64,000 nt of DNA from Camelus dromedarius (Eukaryota): contig NC_087436.1 of the NCBI RefSeq assembly GCF_036321535.1, positions 120,654,001 to 120,718,000 of the forward strand, read 5' to 3'. Made by a program: the position numbers and the translations under genes. Of this stretch, positions 25,410-37,510 are shown in pieces. The stretch's first letter is position 1, and the number at the start of each line of letters is the position of its first letter. The notes under the pieces were generated by a model that saw only the letters and a program-made list of their open reading frames with translations, was not told where the DNA came from and searched no databases.

Positions 25410-25540
25410 TCTGCATGATCCACTTCCCCTTTCTAGCCTCAGTTTTCCTATCTGTCAAATGGAGCCAACAATGCCCCTTGCTTTGCAGGGTTGTTGTGAG
25501 GATCAGACAGAAAATGTCCGTGAGAAGCTCAGCTCTGTAT
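25410..25540 (+). mobile_element. MIR core fragment
   Basis: GCCTCAGTTTTCCTATCTGTCAAATGG..CAGGGTTGTTGTGAGGATCA. Confidence 0.8.
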
Positions 25541-25711
25541 GTGTGTAGCCATGATGGGTGTTGACTGTAATAGTACAGAGATCGGGAGGAAGCCTCTGCC
25601 TCTCGCCCGCAGCTGTGCTCTGATCACACCACAGCCATAGCCATGCGCACACCAGGCCCCCTGCTCAGTTCACCCAGTATTTCTCTGCACTTGGCAGCTC
25701 TTTGTGAAAGG

Positions 25712-26160
25712 GTAGGAGTTGATTTCTGAGGGCTGCCGCAACAACATTCCACAGGCTGGGTCCCTTAAAACAACAGAGACTTAGTCCTTCACAGTCTGGA
25801 GGCCAGGAGTCCAAGATCAAGGCGCTGGCAGGGCTGAGGCTCCAGGGAGGATCCTTCCTGCCTCTTCCAGCTTTGGGGACTCCAGGTGCCCCAGGGCGTG
25901 CAATTACATTGCTCCAATCTCTGTCTCCATCTTCACGTCGCTGTCCTCTCCGTGTGTGTGGTCAACTCTCCCCCTGCTTCCCTCCTACAAGGACACCTGT
26001 CATTGGATTTAGGGCCACCTGCATTATCCAGGGTGCGCTCCCCAAGGCATGGTCCTTAACTCAATCCCATCTGCAAAGACTTTTTCCAAAGGAAGTTACA
26101 CTACAGCTTTGGGGGATCAGGATGTAGAAATATGTTTGGGGACAGTATTTGGGCCACCTC
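25712..26160 (-). mobile_element. MaLR solo LTR, MLT1C-like
   Basis: CTTAAAACAACAGA, CACAGTCTGGAGGCCAGGAGTCCAAGATCAAGG, TACAAGGACACCTGTCATTGGATTTAGGGCC, CATCTGCAAAGAC. Confidence 0.9.
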
Positions 26161-27929
26161 TAGGAGCCAGCACCCTATGGTGCCAGGACCCCGACTCATG
26201 TCCCTGAGCTGTCTGCCTTCCAGATGGGAGAGCAGAGCGAAGGTGTCATGCCTGGGAGTGCTGTGGTCCCCCCATTCTGTGTGAGGCTGGGGACCTCTTA
26301 GCCATGCTCAGGCTGCCCGATTCTGGGACCCCGATAGTGGAGACAAGTGGAGATGGAGGTGGTGACATGCAGCCAGTTGGAGAATCACAGTACAGAGCCA
26401 CCCATGCCAGGGGGACCGGGGTGCCATGTGTGGTGGTAACACTGCCGGTGTGGAGCAGGGGTGGGGACTGGATGGGGGTGGGTGATGGATTCTCAGATAA
26501 CAGGGAGCAGATTGAGGAACAGAGACAGTGGTGGCTAGACGGGGACACACTTCAGGGATGAGATGGCCCATTCAGGAGCAGAGAGGATTTAGAACCCGGG
26601 GGTGGACTGCGGGGCTCGAGAGGAGGTGGGGTGGGTGGCGGGGCAGCCAGGGGCCCCCGCGTGAGCAGGCTGCAGGCTGGTGAGTAGGAGGCAGATGGGG
26701 AGACCAACCAGAGAGCGCAGTTGAGAAAGATGGGTCCCACCCCGTCCCCCTCCTTCCACAAGGCCTGTCCTTCTCGGGGCCTCAGTTCTCTGCCTCCATC
26801 TGTAGGACAAAGTTACCCACATGGGGGCTGCTGTGCGGATTAACCGAGAAGGGCGTGGAAGGGCCACGGGGGTGCCTGAGAGGCCCCGGGTGGATCGGGA
26901 CTGCGGCTCTGTGTACGTTTCACCACCACGTGGGGTTCCAGTCACCGTGATTCCAGGCGGAGCCTAAGGCTCTGCCCTGCGCTCGGCTCCTGTGGTTCAA
27001 AGGGAGGTAACCAGCCGTGGACTCGCTCTGCAAGGAGTTGCTGCGGAGAGCTGAGTTTGGGAAGGGTCCCAGTCTTGCTTGGAAGCCCCCTCCAAAAGGG
27101 TCTGATTCTTTTCCTTCCCCTGGAAGTCTGGGGACTCGGGGACTCTTCAGTAAGAGAGGCCCCCCGCTCTCTGAGGACAGGAAAGGGCCCTGCTGGAAGG
27201 CGGCGTGGAGGGGTGGGCCTGGGCTGTGGAGGAGGCGGCCTGGGTCTGGGTCCTCAGTTCTTCCTGCCAGGCCTGTGACGTGGGCAGGGCACCCACCAGC
27301 CCTCGGACCCACGGGGCGCCCGCTGGTGGCTCCCAGGCCTTCTGGAGGTGCAAGCAAGGTGAAGGCCGGGCCTCACGTGGCTCTGTCCAGTTTATCGTGT
27401 TCTTCTCATCAGTGATTCTGAATTTAGGGGATTATTGTATTTAGAAGTATTAACAACAAAGGCATGATTTCACACCCAAAGCTGAGCTGAGAGAAGAGAA
27501 AATTGCTTTGCTAACACAATGTACGTAAAAAACGGAAATCATCTCTGATCCAGCAGCTCACATGGAAGTGCCGAGTCCTCCCCGAACCCACGGAGACAAT
27601 CGGCCACGCTCGCAGTTGGGGGGGGGGGTGCTCAGCCGGGGCCCGGTCCTGGGTGAGCTTGGTCCAGTCGCTGCCGCATCTGGGCCAGTGTCCCCCACCA
27701 TCAACTGACAGTGTGTTCAAGGTGGGTTTGGGTTCCCAAGTACCTCCTCCTCCCCGTTCCCATTCCAGGTGTAACAGAGGGCTGCGGGGAAGTGGCCAGC
27801 CTCTCTCTGAGTCAGTCTTCAGTGAGTGGGCCAAGGGTTATATGGGGTGATGGGGGGGCCCAGAGGAGGTGGGACTAGAGAAGTGGATTTGGCAGGTGGG
27901 AGGGGACTTGGGCTGGGGGTGAGTGGGCA

Positions 27930-28700
27930 GGGCCTCTGACACAGAACACTTGTAGTCAGTGAAGTGTAGGCATCTGGAGTCCCAGAGAGAGGTCTGGACT
28001 GGAGACACAGGCTTGGAACCACCAACATGGGGTGGCAGCTGAGTCACGGGTGAGGAGGAATCCCCTGGATGGGGTACAGGGTGAGAAAATCAGAAAGCTG
28101 GGAACAGAGCCTAGAGGAGGAGGAGCTGTAGTGGGCAGATGGGGATGAACCTGCTGGGGAAATGGAGAAGGGAGGTGATGAGGAAGGGAGGTGATGGAGG
28201 AGGGGAGGTGATGGGGGAGGGAGGTGATGGGGAAGGGAGGTGATGGGGAAGGGAGATGGTGGAGGAAGGGAGGTGAAGGGGAAGGGAGGTGATGGGGAAG
28301 GGAGGTGATGGGGAAGGGAGATGGTGGAGGAAGGGAGGTGATGGGGAAGGGAGGTGATGGGGAGGGGAGGTGATGGGGAAGGGAGATGGGGGAGGAGGGG
28401 AGGTGATGGGGAAGGGAGGTGATGGGGAGGGGAGGTGATGGGGAAGGGAGGTGATGGGGAAGGGAGATGGTGGAGGAAGGGAGGTGATGGGGAAGGGAGG
28501 TGATGGGGAGGGGAGGTGATGGGGAAGGGAGGTGATGGAGGAGGGGAGAGAACTGGATGTCAAGAGACAGAGGAAGGGTGTGTCAGCAGTGGGAGCAGTC
28601 TCCAGTGTCCCATGCCACAGAGAGGTCCAGAGAAACATGGACTGGAGGTCAGCATGGCGAATCACACCTAGTGACCCTCTAGTTACTTTTCCAGAGCAGC
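27930..28700 (-). mobile_element. L2 fragment split by a minisatellite
   Basis: TCTGGAGTCCCAGAGAGAGGTCTGGACTGGAGA (27970-28005) and L2-like sequence resuming at about 28545 (ATGTCAAGAGACAGAGG..CCACAGAGAGGTCCAG). Confidence 0.6.
28163..28547. repeat. G-rich 16-bp minisatellite (GGGGAAGGGAGGTGAT), about 23 units
   Basis: Tandem array read directly. No C on the + strand. Periodic 17-bp variants. Confidence 0.97.
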
Positions 28701-28779
28701 CACACTCCCATCCTCTCAGTCTGCTGGGCACTGTCCAGGTGCTGCCTTGTCTGCTTCTCATGAAAACTCTGCAGGTGGA

Positions 28780-28870
28780 GGCTCTTGTGTCACTGGGGGA
28801 AACTGAGGCTCAGAGGTGATGCAGGGAGCCCAGGGCCACACGGCATCTCGCGGTGGAGCCGGACGTGAAT
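28780..28870 (-). mobile_element. MIR fragment
   Basis: GGAAACTGAGGCTCAGAGGTGA..CCCAGGGCCACACGG. Confidence 0.7.
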
Positions 28871-29829
28871 GGGGTGGGGAAATAGTCTATTCTCCTCCCA
28901 CTGTGTGCGAGGTTCCTGGTGTGTGAGGGCGAGGGAGGATGTCCGCAGGTGGAAAGGCCACGGAACCCTCTTCCCTCGTCTGTCTCTGCCTCTGTCTCTG
29001 CAACACCCCCCACCAATTCTTGGCTGTATCTGCATGTCTCTGCAAAGCACACACACACACAAACACACACACAGAGGAAGAGAGAATTAAGAGGAAAACA
29101 AGTCGGGGAATTCTGCTGGAGTTTCTTCTCCCTGCTTTTCTGTGCTTTCAGAGCCCTCTGCCAGGACACCTGCTTCTTTGTGTAAGGGGTTCTGCCCTGC
29201 GCCTCTGGCCTGCATTCCTCCGTGTGACCACTATGTGGCGCACTTCCGCCCAGAGGATCAAGTAGGTTAACCGTTTCCTCTCCGTGTTGTAAGGGGAGGT
29301 TTTAAAGTTTATCAGCCGTCATCTTCCTTCCTTCCTTCTTTATCTTCTCAGGCTTTACTTTCAACATATTCTATAATTTCTCTCCGTAACTCACATTAAC
29401 AGGGGGAAATTCCCTTAATTAAGAGATGATATTCACTCTCCTACCCCAATAGTGGCCCATTTTCCTAAGCACGGACAATAGGGAGAGGTGCTGCTTGTCA
29501 GTTTCCGGCCCTGCTCACCTGACGTGTGATGCATTGCGCGGCCCTGGACCAGCCCCTCCCCGGTCCCACCCGTGTGTCCGGAGGGCCAGGTTCCTCGGAG
29601 CCAGCTGTGCCCTCCTGTCCTCCGTGAAATGACTCCCCCAAACCCATGGAGGAAAGCGCTGTTGGCAGCAGCCTCAGACCTGAGCAGGCACCTGTCCCAC
29701 GGCCAGAACGACAACAAAACCAACCCAACACACCCAGCCAACCGCGCTGAAGTACAGAGGCCGTTCACTCACGCTTTCTGAATCAGTGTTCACCACCACA
29801 CGTGAGGCCACGTGTTTAGTTCTCTCTCT

Positions 29830-30070
29830 ATATCACGCGCATGCCCGCACACACTTATACGCACATGTGCACACGTATGAACACTTGGATACACACATAC
29901 CTGTACACACACACCCAGCACAATGCACACACATACACACAATATGCAGACTCCTGTGTGCACACGCATGCACACTTCACATAGGCACATGTGTGCGCAA
30001 ACATGTGCACTCACACACCATGCACCTACACACATACATGCAAACACACGTGCATACCGTGTGCTCACAC
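29830..30070. repeat. Degenerate (CA/TG)n alternating purine-pyrimidine tract
   Basis: About 240 bp of CACA/CATG/TGCA alternations. Confidence 0.9.
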
Positions 30071-31074
30071 AGGGAGGCATCTCCTTTGCTCACAGAGACA
30101 GTAGCCTGTGCAAATCCACGCACCCCCGCCCCCTCCACTGTCCTCCATGCTGTCAGCGCAAACACTTTCTAGATGAAGGAAAGGAAACATTTTTTTCTAA
30201 ACCATTTAAAATCCAATTTAAAAAATCAATGGCTGACTTGAACAACCTTGGGTGGGGGGAGGGGGCAGAGGATCACTTCTGTGATGTCCTCCCTGACTGG
30301 CGCCCTTTCTTCCCAGGCCAGAGTCCATACACTCAGGTTTTATCTCATCACCTCCCTCTAAGGGCCACGGTGGGTGGAGGGGAGGTGCCGGAAGTGGCTA
30401 CACACAGATGGCAACTTGAGAGGCATGGGGACAAGTGATGACCTTCTTAGTGTCACATGTCTTCTCCCTGTTCCCTCTTTTTAAGGTGGTGACTTGGACT
30501 GGCCCCAAGTCAAGTGCCTCCTCCAGCAGGAAGACCTCCAGGATTGCTGCGGCCAAGTCCCCTCTCCTTTCATTCCCTGACTGATCATACAGCTCAGTCT
30601 TCTCAGCACAGTCCTGGTTGTTCAACGTCATCCCAGCAGAATTAACAGCATCACTTTCATGGTCAGCAGCATCTCAGCTGGATGCAGAGTTGTGTGGACA
30701 CCTGGCCATCCCTCATGTTCACTGGCTTGTTTGTTTTGCCAGGATGTGTTGGTTATCCAGACTTGGTGCTGGAATCTGGGCTGTGAGGATGGTCAGGGCC
30801 ACAGTTCTGGGGAGACTCTGAAGCTGGGGTGGGGGCCCAGGGCCCAGGGCCCTGCAGGTGGGAGAGGAGAGGGCCTTGCCCTTCCCTCTGGACCCCGCCT
30901 GCCTCCCTCACTCCACACACCCCACACTGGCCCTGGGAACTTGCTCCTTAACCAGCTCCATGCTCCTCCCACTGGGGAGCCATCCCAGCTCCGCGTCCCT
31001 CAGCCTCGTGGACTGCGCAAGTCACCATCACCTGTCTGTGCCTTTACTTACTTACCTGGAAAATGGGACGAAGA

Positions 31075-31580
31075 CAATGTCCTTTTTAAAGCATACAAAT
31101 TAGGCGTTTGTAGTCTCTTCACAAACAGGTGCATTTCAGAACATTCTCATCGCCTCGGAAGGAAAGCCCCTGTCCGTTAACTGTCACCACCCCCTCCTCC
31201 CAGCCCAGCAAGCCCTGAGCTGCTCTCTGTCTCTGGAGGGTTCCGTGTTGTGGAACCTCATGGGCACGAATCGCGTACATGTGGCCTTTTGTGATCGGTT
31301 TCTTTCACTGAGCACCATGCTTTTGAGGCTCACCCACGTTGCAGCAAACGTCAGGACCCCGCTCCTTTCTGTGGCCCCAGAGAAGTCCCCGAGCGGACGG
31401 ACCAGCTCCCGCGGGCCCGGGCACCCGTGGGTGGGCATTTGGATCACTTCTGCGTGTTGGCTCTGGTCAGCGAAGCTGTTGTAACCAGTCGTGTACAAGC
31501 TTCTGGGTAGATGTATGTTGCATTTCTCTTGAGTCTGCTGGGTTGTGCGGTAACTCTGTTTTCCAAAGCGACTGCATTAA
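31075..31580 (-). mobile_element. L1MB-like 3' end, GC-shifted
   Basis: TTTAAAGCATACAAATT, TTTCAGAACATTCTCATC, ATGTGGCCTTTTGTGATCGGTTTCTTTCACTGAGCA, CATTTCTCTTGAGT. Confidence 0.8.
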
Positions 31581-32579
31581 TCTTTTTGTTTAAAAACCCA
31601 AGCTTTGCAATTAATTAAACAAGCAGTCCCCGAGGCACTCAGCGCGGCTCCCGGCTGGTTGAAGGTGTTCACAGCTTGTTCCGATGCTCCCTGTGTCGTC
31701 AGGGGCCTCACCTCCAGGGCCCCACGTTCGCCCCTCCCTGCCCATCGGTTGAGTAGGACGGAGTGCCCCTCACCCCACCTGTCTGTTCTCAGGCCTGCAT
31801 ACTTTCACAGAGTCTCCCTCCCACAGCTGAGGGGCTCAGAGACTCTCCTGCTGCTGCCCTGGGGACCAGGGAGGAGTCACGACATATCCAGGCCCATGCC
31901 AGTGATGGGGTGGGGCTGGGGGCTGCACCCGGAGGCTGCGTTTTCTGTCCATCCTGCGCGTAGTAGGTGCTCACTTAATGCTCGCTGACCTTCTTGGTGC
32001 TGCAACAAGTCTGACCAGGGCTCTTCTGCCCCCACTGTGTAGAAATTGTGCCTGGAACAAAGGGCAACCAGCTTGGTGCTGCTAGAACATCAGTCCCCGC
32101 CCCCAGGCCCCTCCCCGCCCCAGGCCTTGCTGGGCACCCAGGCCCGGTGCAGAGAAGGCTGGGGGCCTGGGAGGAGCCGGGAGGGGTCCAGGAGGCACTG
32201 GGCTGACATGTGTCCATGCTGGGCTCTGTGTCTCGTCCTGTGGTGCCCCTCAGGCACATAGGAGCGGGAGTCACCAGCACACACGCACACGCACATGCAC
32301 ACGTGGTTCACGAGGACAGAAAGGCTCAGAGCAGATCAGTGAGCAGAGGACACTGTTGGGGGGGGGGGCTTATACTCGTGTCTGAAATGACTGGATGGAC
32401 ATGGACACGGGCCCGGGAGGAGGCGAGCATCGTCCCAGAGGCTGGCATGCGGGAAACCCGACGGTCTGCTGCAGGCGGGCAGAGGGCAGACCACTCCTCC
32501 CTGCTGCCCTTTGGGACTCTGCATGATGTCTCTGTGTTACCTTCGCAAAAATAAACTGTAATTTTAAGTGTCAAAGACT

Positions 32580-33050
32580 GTCCCATCCCACCTCCTTAAG
32601 CCCCTGTAGAGTCTCCCATTGTCTTGAGGACAGAGTTCACGCCCTAGGAGACCGTGAAGGCCACCTTGCTGGCCTTGCCCTCTCGCCTGCCCCATAAGGG
32701 TCTGATTTCGGTGCTGAGTGAGCGCACCCCATGGCCTTTGCACAAGCCCTTCTCCTGCCAGGAGCACTGCCCTTCCTCCTGCTCTGCTATCCGTGCTGTC
32801 CAGCCGGACTCAGCTCAAGCTTCCATGCCCTTGGGAGTCTTTCATATCCCCAGCCCTGGACGAGGCCCTGTAACTCCTCTTGTCCCAAGGATCCTCAGCT
32901 CTGTCCCTTCCTGCAGGTCCCCAGTGAAGTCTGTCCTTTTGCTCCACTGTAAGGCCCACGAGGCCAGGGACCAGGTCTGTCCTATTGCTCTGATGTGGAG
33001 CGCAGAGTGGTCACTCAGAAATGGTTGTTGGATGGACAAAAATGAAGAAA
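32580..33050 (+). mobile_element. L2 3' region
   Basis: CTCCCATTGTCTTGAGGACAGAG, GGCCTTTGCACAAGC, CTGTAAGGCCCACGAGGCCAGGGACC, CACTCAGAAATGGTTGTTGGATGGA. Confidence 0.75.
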
Positions 33051-33849
33051 GGAGGGGAGGGAAAGAATGGTGCAGATGCAGGGGGCTTGGGAAGTAGAAA
33101 GCGCTGCGCCCGGGTAGCGTGTGGCGGCGGGGCGGCGGGGCGGCGGGGGCAAGGGTGATGGAGCCCTGTCGGCAGGGGGATCCAGGCCTCAAGAGCCCCA
33201 AAACAGCCCAGGACTTGGGGATTGACCACGGAGAGCCAGGGGACACTTCTCAGACAGGGAAGGCCCAGGAAGGGTGTTCTCGGTGCGGGGAACAGCGTGG
33301 ACGAAGGCGGGGAAGCAGCAGTGTGTGGGAGCCACTGGGGCCAGTGAGAGCTGGACGTCCCATCTCGTCCCAGCGACGCCAGCCCAGTGACATAGCGTTG
33401 GTGGCTTGAAATTGGCCATGAGGGGTATTTACCCCACAGACACCAGCAGGCGCTACCAAGCAAGGCTTGTTCTTTCTGGTTTTGCTTTTGACGTTGAGAG
33501 TCATTCCACCAGGACGCCGCTGCCTGCAGACAGAGGGGAACAAAGGGAGCCCAGGGAAGGAAGGCTGGAAACGGGGCAGCTTCAGGGGCCTGTGGACCTG
33601 CCCGAGAGGCTTCCGTGCTGGGTGCCTGTTCTTCTATCAGACGGAATGGGGGTGGCTTAAGGCTTTCTTCAAATTCTCAGAGGCGCCCCGGCCCCGGGAA
33701 GGTCAAGGCCGCTGCCCGCTGCCCGCTGCCCGCTGCCCTGGTGGTACCCAGGGAGAAGCGCCGACCTGCAGGCCAGCGGCTGGGCTGTTTCCTGAGCCCT
33801 TGGGCTCTGCTCCTCCCCAGGTCGTCACTGCCCCGCGTTCCTGCCCTGA

Positions 33850-34720
33850 GAACTTTCCAGCTGAACTTTGCTATGGCTGAACTCAAAGTCATTTCAAGGC
33901 AGTTTCGATTAAAGAAAGAAAGGAAAAGAAAAGAAGAAAGAAAGGGGTGGGGGCCAGCCTGAACAGGCACTCTGCAATTACCCTTTGAAATTAGAATATT
34001 CACGCACATGTTTCTATTTTCGCCCTGTCCTGCTCTCTTTCCAATCGAGCGAAATTAGCTCCAAAGTCATTATTCACCTAATCACACTAATAGTTTAACA
34101 TCCGATCCGCCCTCTGTGCAGACGGGGGGCGCCCCCCCAAGCCCTGTGTTAGCACTTCCTTTCCACTGATCCCTTAATTAAGTGGCATCTGTTCTAATAC
34201 AAGTTAAATATTGCAGTTGACTTTATTTTCTTTCTCCTGGTCCTCCGGGTCCCGGGATGGGGGAAGATAAAGTGAAACACATTTGCTTCCCGGGAAGGAG
34301 GAAGGGACACGGAGCTGCCTTTCTGGAAACGCGGTCCATCAATCATAAACTGATTACAAATTCGTCACCTTGAATCAATTTCTGTTCACAAGTTCAAAAG
34401 GCACTCTGAGCTCGGGGCTATCTGGGATATTCTACATGTGGAGAGGATTAACATTTGATCGAATTCCTCCTTCTGAGGAGGAGACTGGCTTGGCCACACT
34501 CGGGGTGGGGGAGGCGAGTTCGAGACACGTCTGCATTAACCTTTAAAAGCCAGCGCTCGGGGGTTCCCAGGGCAGCCGATTCCCAGGGCGTCCCGGCACC
34601 TCAAAGACGTGGGCCAGGCTGGGGGGCGGGGGAGGGAGACCTTCGTGTGATCTCGCCCCATTTAGTCAAATCACGCTGCACCATCATTTCTTATCGACAG
34701 AGTTTTCCTTAAAATAATTG
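33850..34720. promoter_or_regulatory. Large candidate developmental enhancer / conserved non-coding element
   Basis: About 870 bp repeat-free and largely AT-richer. CCATCAATCA (PBX-HOX) 34336-34345, CCCTTTGAA (TCF/LEF), CCCTTAATTAAGTGG 34171, AGATAA 34265, TTCCCGGGAA 34287-34296, TGAACT/CAAAGTCA nuclear-receptor half-sites. Confidence 0.5.
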
Positions 34721-34735
34721 TCTTGAAAGAAGTAA

Positions 34736-34737
<2 letters not shown>

Positions 34738-34770
<33 letters not shown>

Positions 34771-34777
34771 TGTGTGT
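34738..34777. repeat. (GT)n microsatellite
   Basis: Direct reading; interrupted near the 3' end. Confidence 0.95.
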
Positions 34778-35389
34778 TGTGAGAGAGCTGCCTGATGGGA
34801 AGTTAAGGACAGGCTCTTTCCCTGAGACCCCAACGCTCACCCCAAGTTCCTGAGATGCCCTCTGGCTTTCGTCCCTCATTCTGGAAACGAGATGAGGGAG
34901 TTTTGTCTGGCGTGTCCTGAGCTTGGCCAGAGAAATCACTTGTCAACAAGCCAGGCCTCTGAGCTGCCTTCTCCCAAATCAGGGGGATGGTGGGGGGTGG
35001 CGAGGGGGCGGCGAGGTGGGGAGGCAGGAAAGCCCACTTTAGAGGGCTCTCTGCCTAACTCCAGGTCAAGACTTTGGAGAACGTTGTCACTTTACCCTGG
35101 AGAAGAGCGAGAGATGGGTGGGGCGGGGCAGGAAGGAAAATGACCGGTGCTTGTGGCCATTTGGTCTGTGGACCACCCCCCTGGCCCCGAGCAGGGTCCC
35201 GGGTGCCAGAGAGCCTCCAGTGCCCACCCCTCCTGCTTCTCCTCCGGACACAGGGACCCCGCGCCACAGATGGTTCCGTTCCAGGCCCAGGTCGCAGCCC
35301 CCGGTCTGGGGAGGGGACAACGGAGGAGCCCGGGGCACAGAAGCCAGCTCCCCACGCCCCGCAGCCGCGGCCCCGGGCAGCTCCTCACT

Positions 35390-36205
35390 GGAGGCGAGAG
35401 CAACTCTTACGTGAGTCGGCGCCCTCGCGCGTCGCTGGCAAGAACGGAAGGGGTGCAGCCGCCGTGCGAAACAGCGTGGCAGTCCTTTAAAGAAAGGAAG
35501 ACAGAACTGCCATGGGACCCAGCAGCTCCACTTGCGGGTATAAACCGAAACAGCTGAAAGCAGGGCTCCAAGAGATGCCCGCACGCCACCCTCCCTGCAC
35601 CGTCATCCACGGCGGTCAGGACCCGGAAACAGCACATCTACGCGACCTGAGTGGGCAGTGACTGCGCTCTGACACGATGGCGTATTGTTCTGCCTTAAAA
35701 AAGAAGGACATCTCATCATCTGGGACACCACGCGTGAATCTGGAAGACATTATGCTGAGTGAAATAAGCCAGTTGTAGGACAGCGACTGCACGGTTCCAC
35801 TTACACGAGGACTCTAGGACGTTCAGACTCAGAGACGCAAACCACAGAGCGGAGGCTTTCGGGGCGGGGACGGGGACAGAGGGCGTCCAGCCCAGGGCGC
35901 AGGGCGTCGGCACCCAGACCTCGCCAGAGAGCAGCCGCACGGCATCCCGCCTCCGCTTGGTCACACGCCCTTGCGCGCCTGAACGTTTGTTCCGAGGGTG
36001 GGTGTCACGGCTCATGTTTTATGGCAAAAGGCAAAGCCCCAAAATCAAGAACAAAGAAACACGAGGCAGATCTGGGAGGTGATGGGTGTTCACCACCTTG
36101 ACGGCGGCGGTGTCAGGAGTGCACGCGCGCGTCAAACCCACCAAAATGTATGCTGTCCACACGTGCGGTCTTGGGGTGCCCACCACACCTCAATCACGCG
36201 GAAAA
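35390..36205 (+). mobile_element. L1 ORF2 end plus 3' UTR (L1MA9-L1MB1-like), strongly GC-shifted
   Basis: AGAACTGCCATGGGACCCAGCAGCTCCACTTGCGGGTATA, GCCTTAAAAAAGAAGGA, CTGGAAGACATTATGCTGAGTGAAATAAGCCAG and GGAGGTGATGGGTG..ACCTTGA appear in L1 order. Confidence 0.85.
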
Positions 36206-36669
36206 AGGAGAGCCTTGCTCCCCCAGGGGGAGGCTGAGGGCTTAGAGACACCTGGTGAAGGGCCCCTCCCAGGCCAGAGGCCACTGTGGCCAGACTCGGT
36301 GGCAGCCCTGGGACGCTGCCTGGCAGCTTGGCCCCGGGACATGTGGGGTCACAGCCCCACCCTGCAGGGTGGCTGCTGGGGGGGCTGTTGACTGGGTTTT
36401 TGGTTCATTTTCGCCCTCTGTTGGTTCATTTGCTTTGTCATCTGGGTGAGCATAAAGAAAAGAGTTACAGGGTAAAATCTCCCCACTATTTGAAGTCTTA
36501 CGCCCGAGTCCCTTCGAGTGCGATGTCACCTGGCTCCCTCTCAGCCCCTTCTGACGCCCGGGGAGACAGCCAAGGATGAAGGAGCTGCCTGTCCTCTGCA
36601 GCTCACGGTCACCGGGGGTCTGACTCAAGCACGAGGGTGATGATCTGGGGCTGAAGCCACGTGACAAAG

Positions 36670-36860
36670 GGTGGGCAGCTGCGATCAAGGGCTGTGTGTC
36701 CTTGGAGGAGAGGGGCTCCCACTAGCTGGGAGGACCAGGGGGGCTTCCTGGAGGAGGGGGCATTTGGAGCTGGGCCTTGAGGCAAGTTCGGCCCTGCGGA
36801 TGGATCAGCCACATTGCTCTTGGCAGAGTATAAGTGATATGTTGTTCGAGGGGAGCAGTG
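36670..36860 (-). mobile_element. L2 fragment
   Basis: GGGGGCTTCCTGGAGGAGGGGCATTTGGAGCTGGGCCTTGA. Confidence 0.7.
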
Positions 36861-37399
36861 GGTTCTCGGGGTGTAGGATGGACTCATTGTGGGGACGAGG
36901 GACGGTGGTCTTTCAAGGGGCTCCTGAGTGGACGATCTGGCATGCTGGTCACCGGGGCAGACGAGGGAAAGTCTGAGTGCTCCCTTGACGGGATAACAGC
37001 TATCCCCTGAGCAGAGTCCTTCCTTCCACTGGGAGTAGGGTGCGTGGCGGCCTGGAGCCTGGGAATGGGCAGAAGGGGGTCAGATGCTGGCAGCTGGTTT
37101 CCCGGAAGACCCCTTCCAGTCACCACCCGCTGGCTCCAAAAACTCGGCGGGCGGGGCCCCCTCCCGCCCAGGTTGGGCTGGGTGTCCTGAAGTGGCCCGC
37201 AAGCCCGGCAGGGGGATGCGGGCGGAGAGCTCCGACCCCCTGCGTCTCCTCCCATCTCAGCTTCTCATCTCCGCTGGGTTCCTTTGTTCTGTTTCCCCCT
37301 AACTACCATCTTCACAGAATGACGATGACAGAGTGCCCCAGGCAGGCTCGGGAGGCAGGCTGGCCTGGACACCCTCCTTCAGGTACGAGCTGGGGCCCG

Positions 37400-37510
37400 A
37401 GGCCTAGTTGTTCTGTGCCTCAGCTTCCTCACCTGCACAGTGGGACTGACGCTGGGACTCATGCCCCCGGCAAAGGGCTGTCCTGGGAGTTACACGGGGA
37501 AAACTCAGTG
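37400..37510 (+). mobile_element. MIR core fragment
   Basis: TCTGTGCCTCAGCTTCCTCACCTGCACAGTGGG. Confidence 0.7.

Noticed and set aside
28111..28761. 216 aa Pro/Ser/His repeat ORF, and the array as a possible CRISPR
   Set aside because: It is the translation of a minisatellite. Units are head-to-tail with no unique spacers, there are no cas genes, and the context is mammalian.
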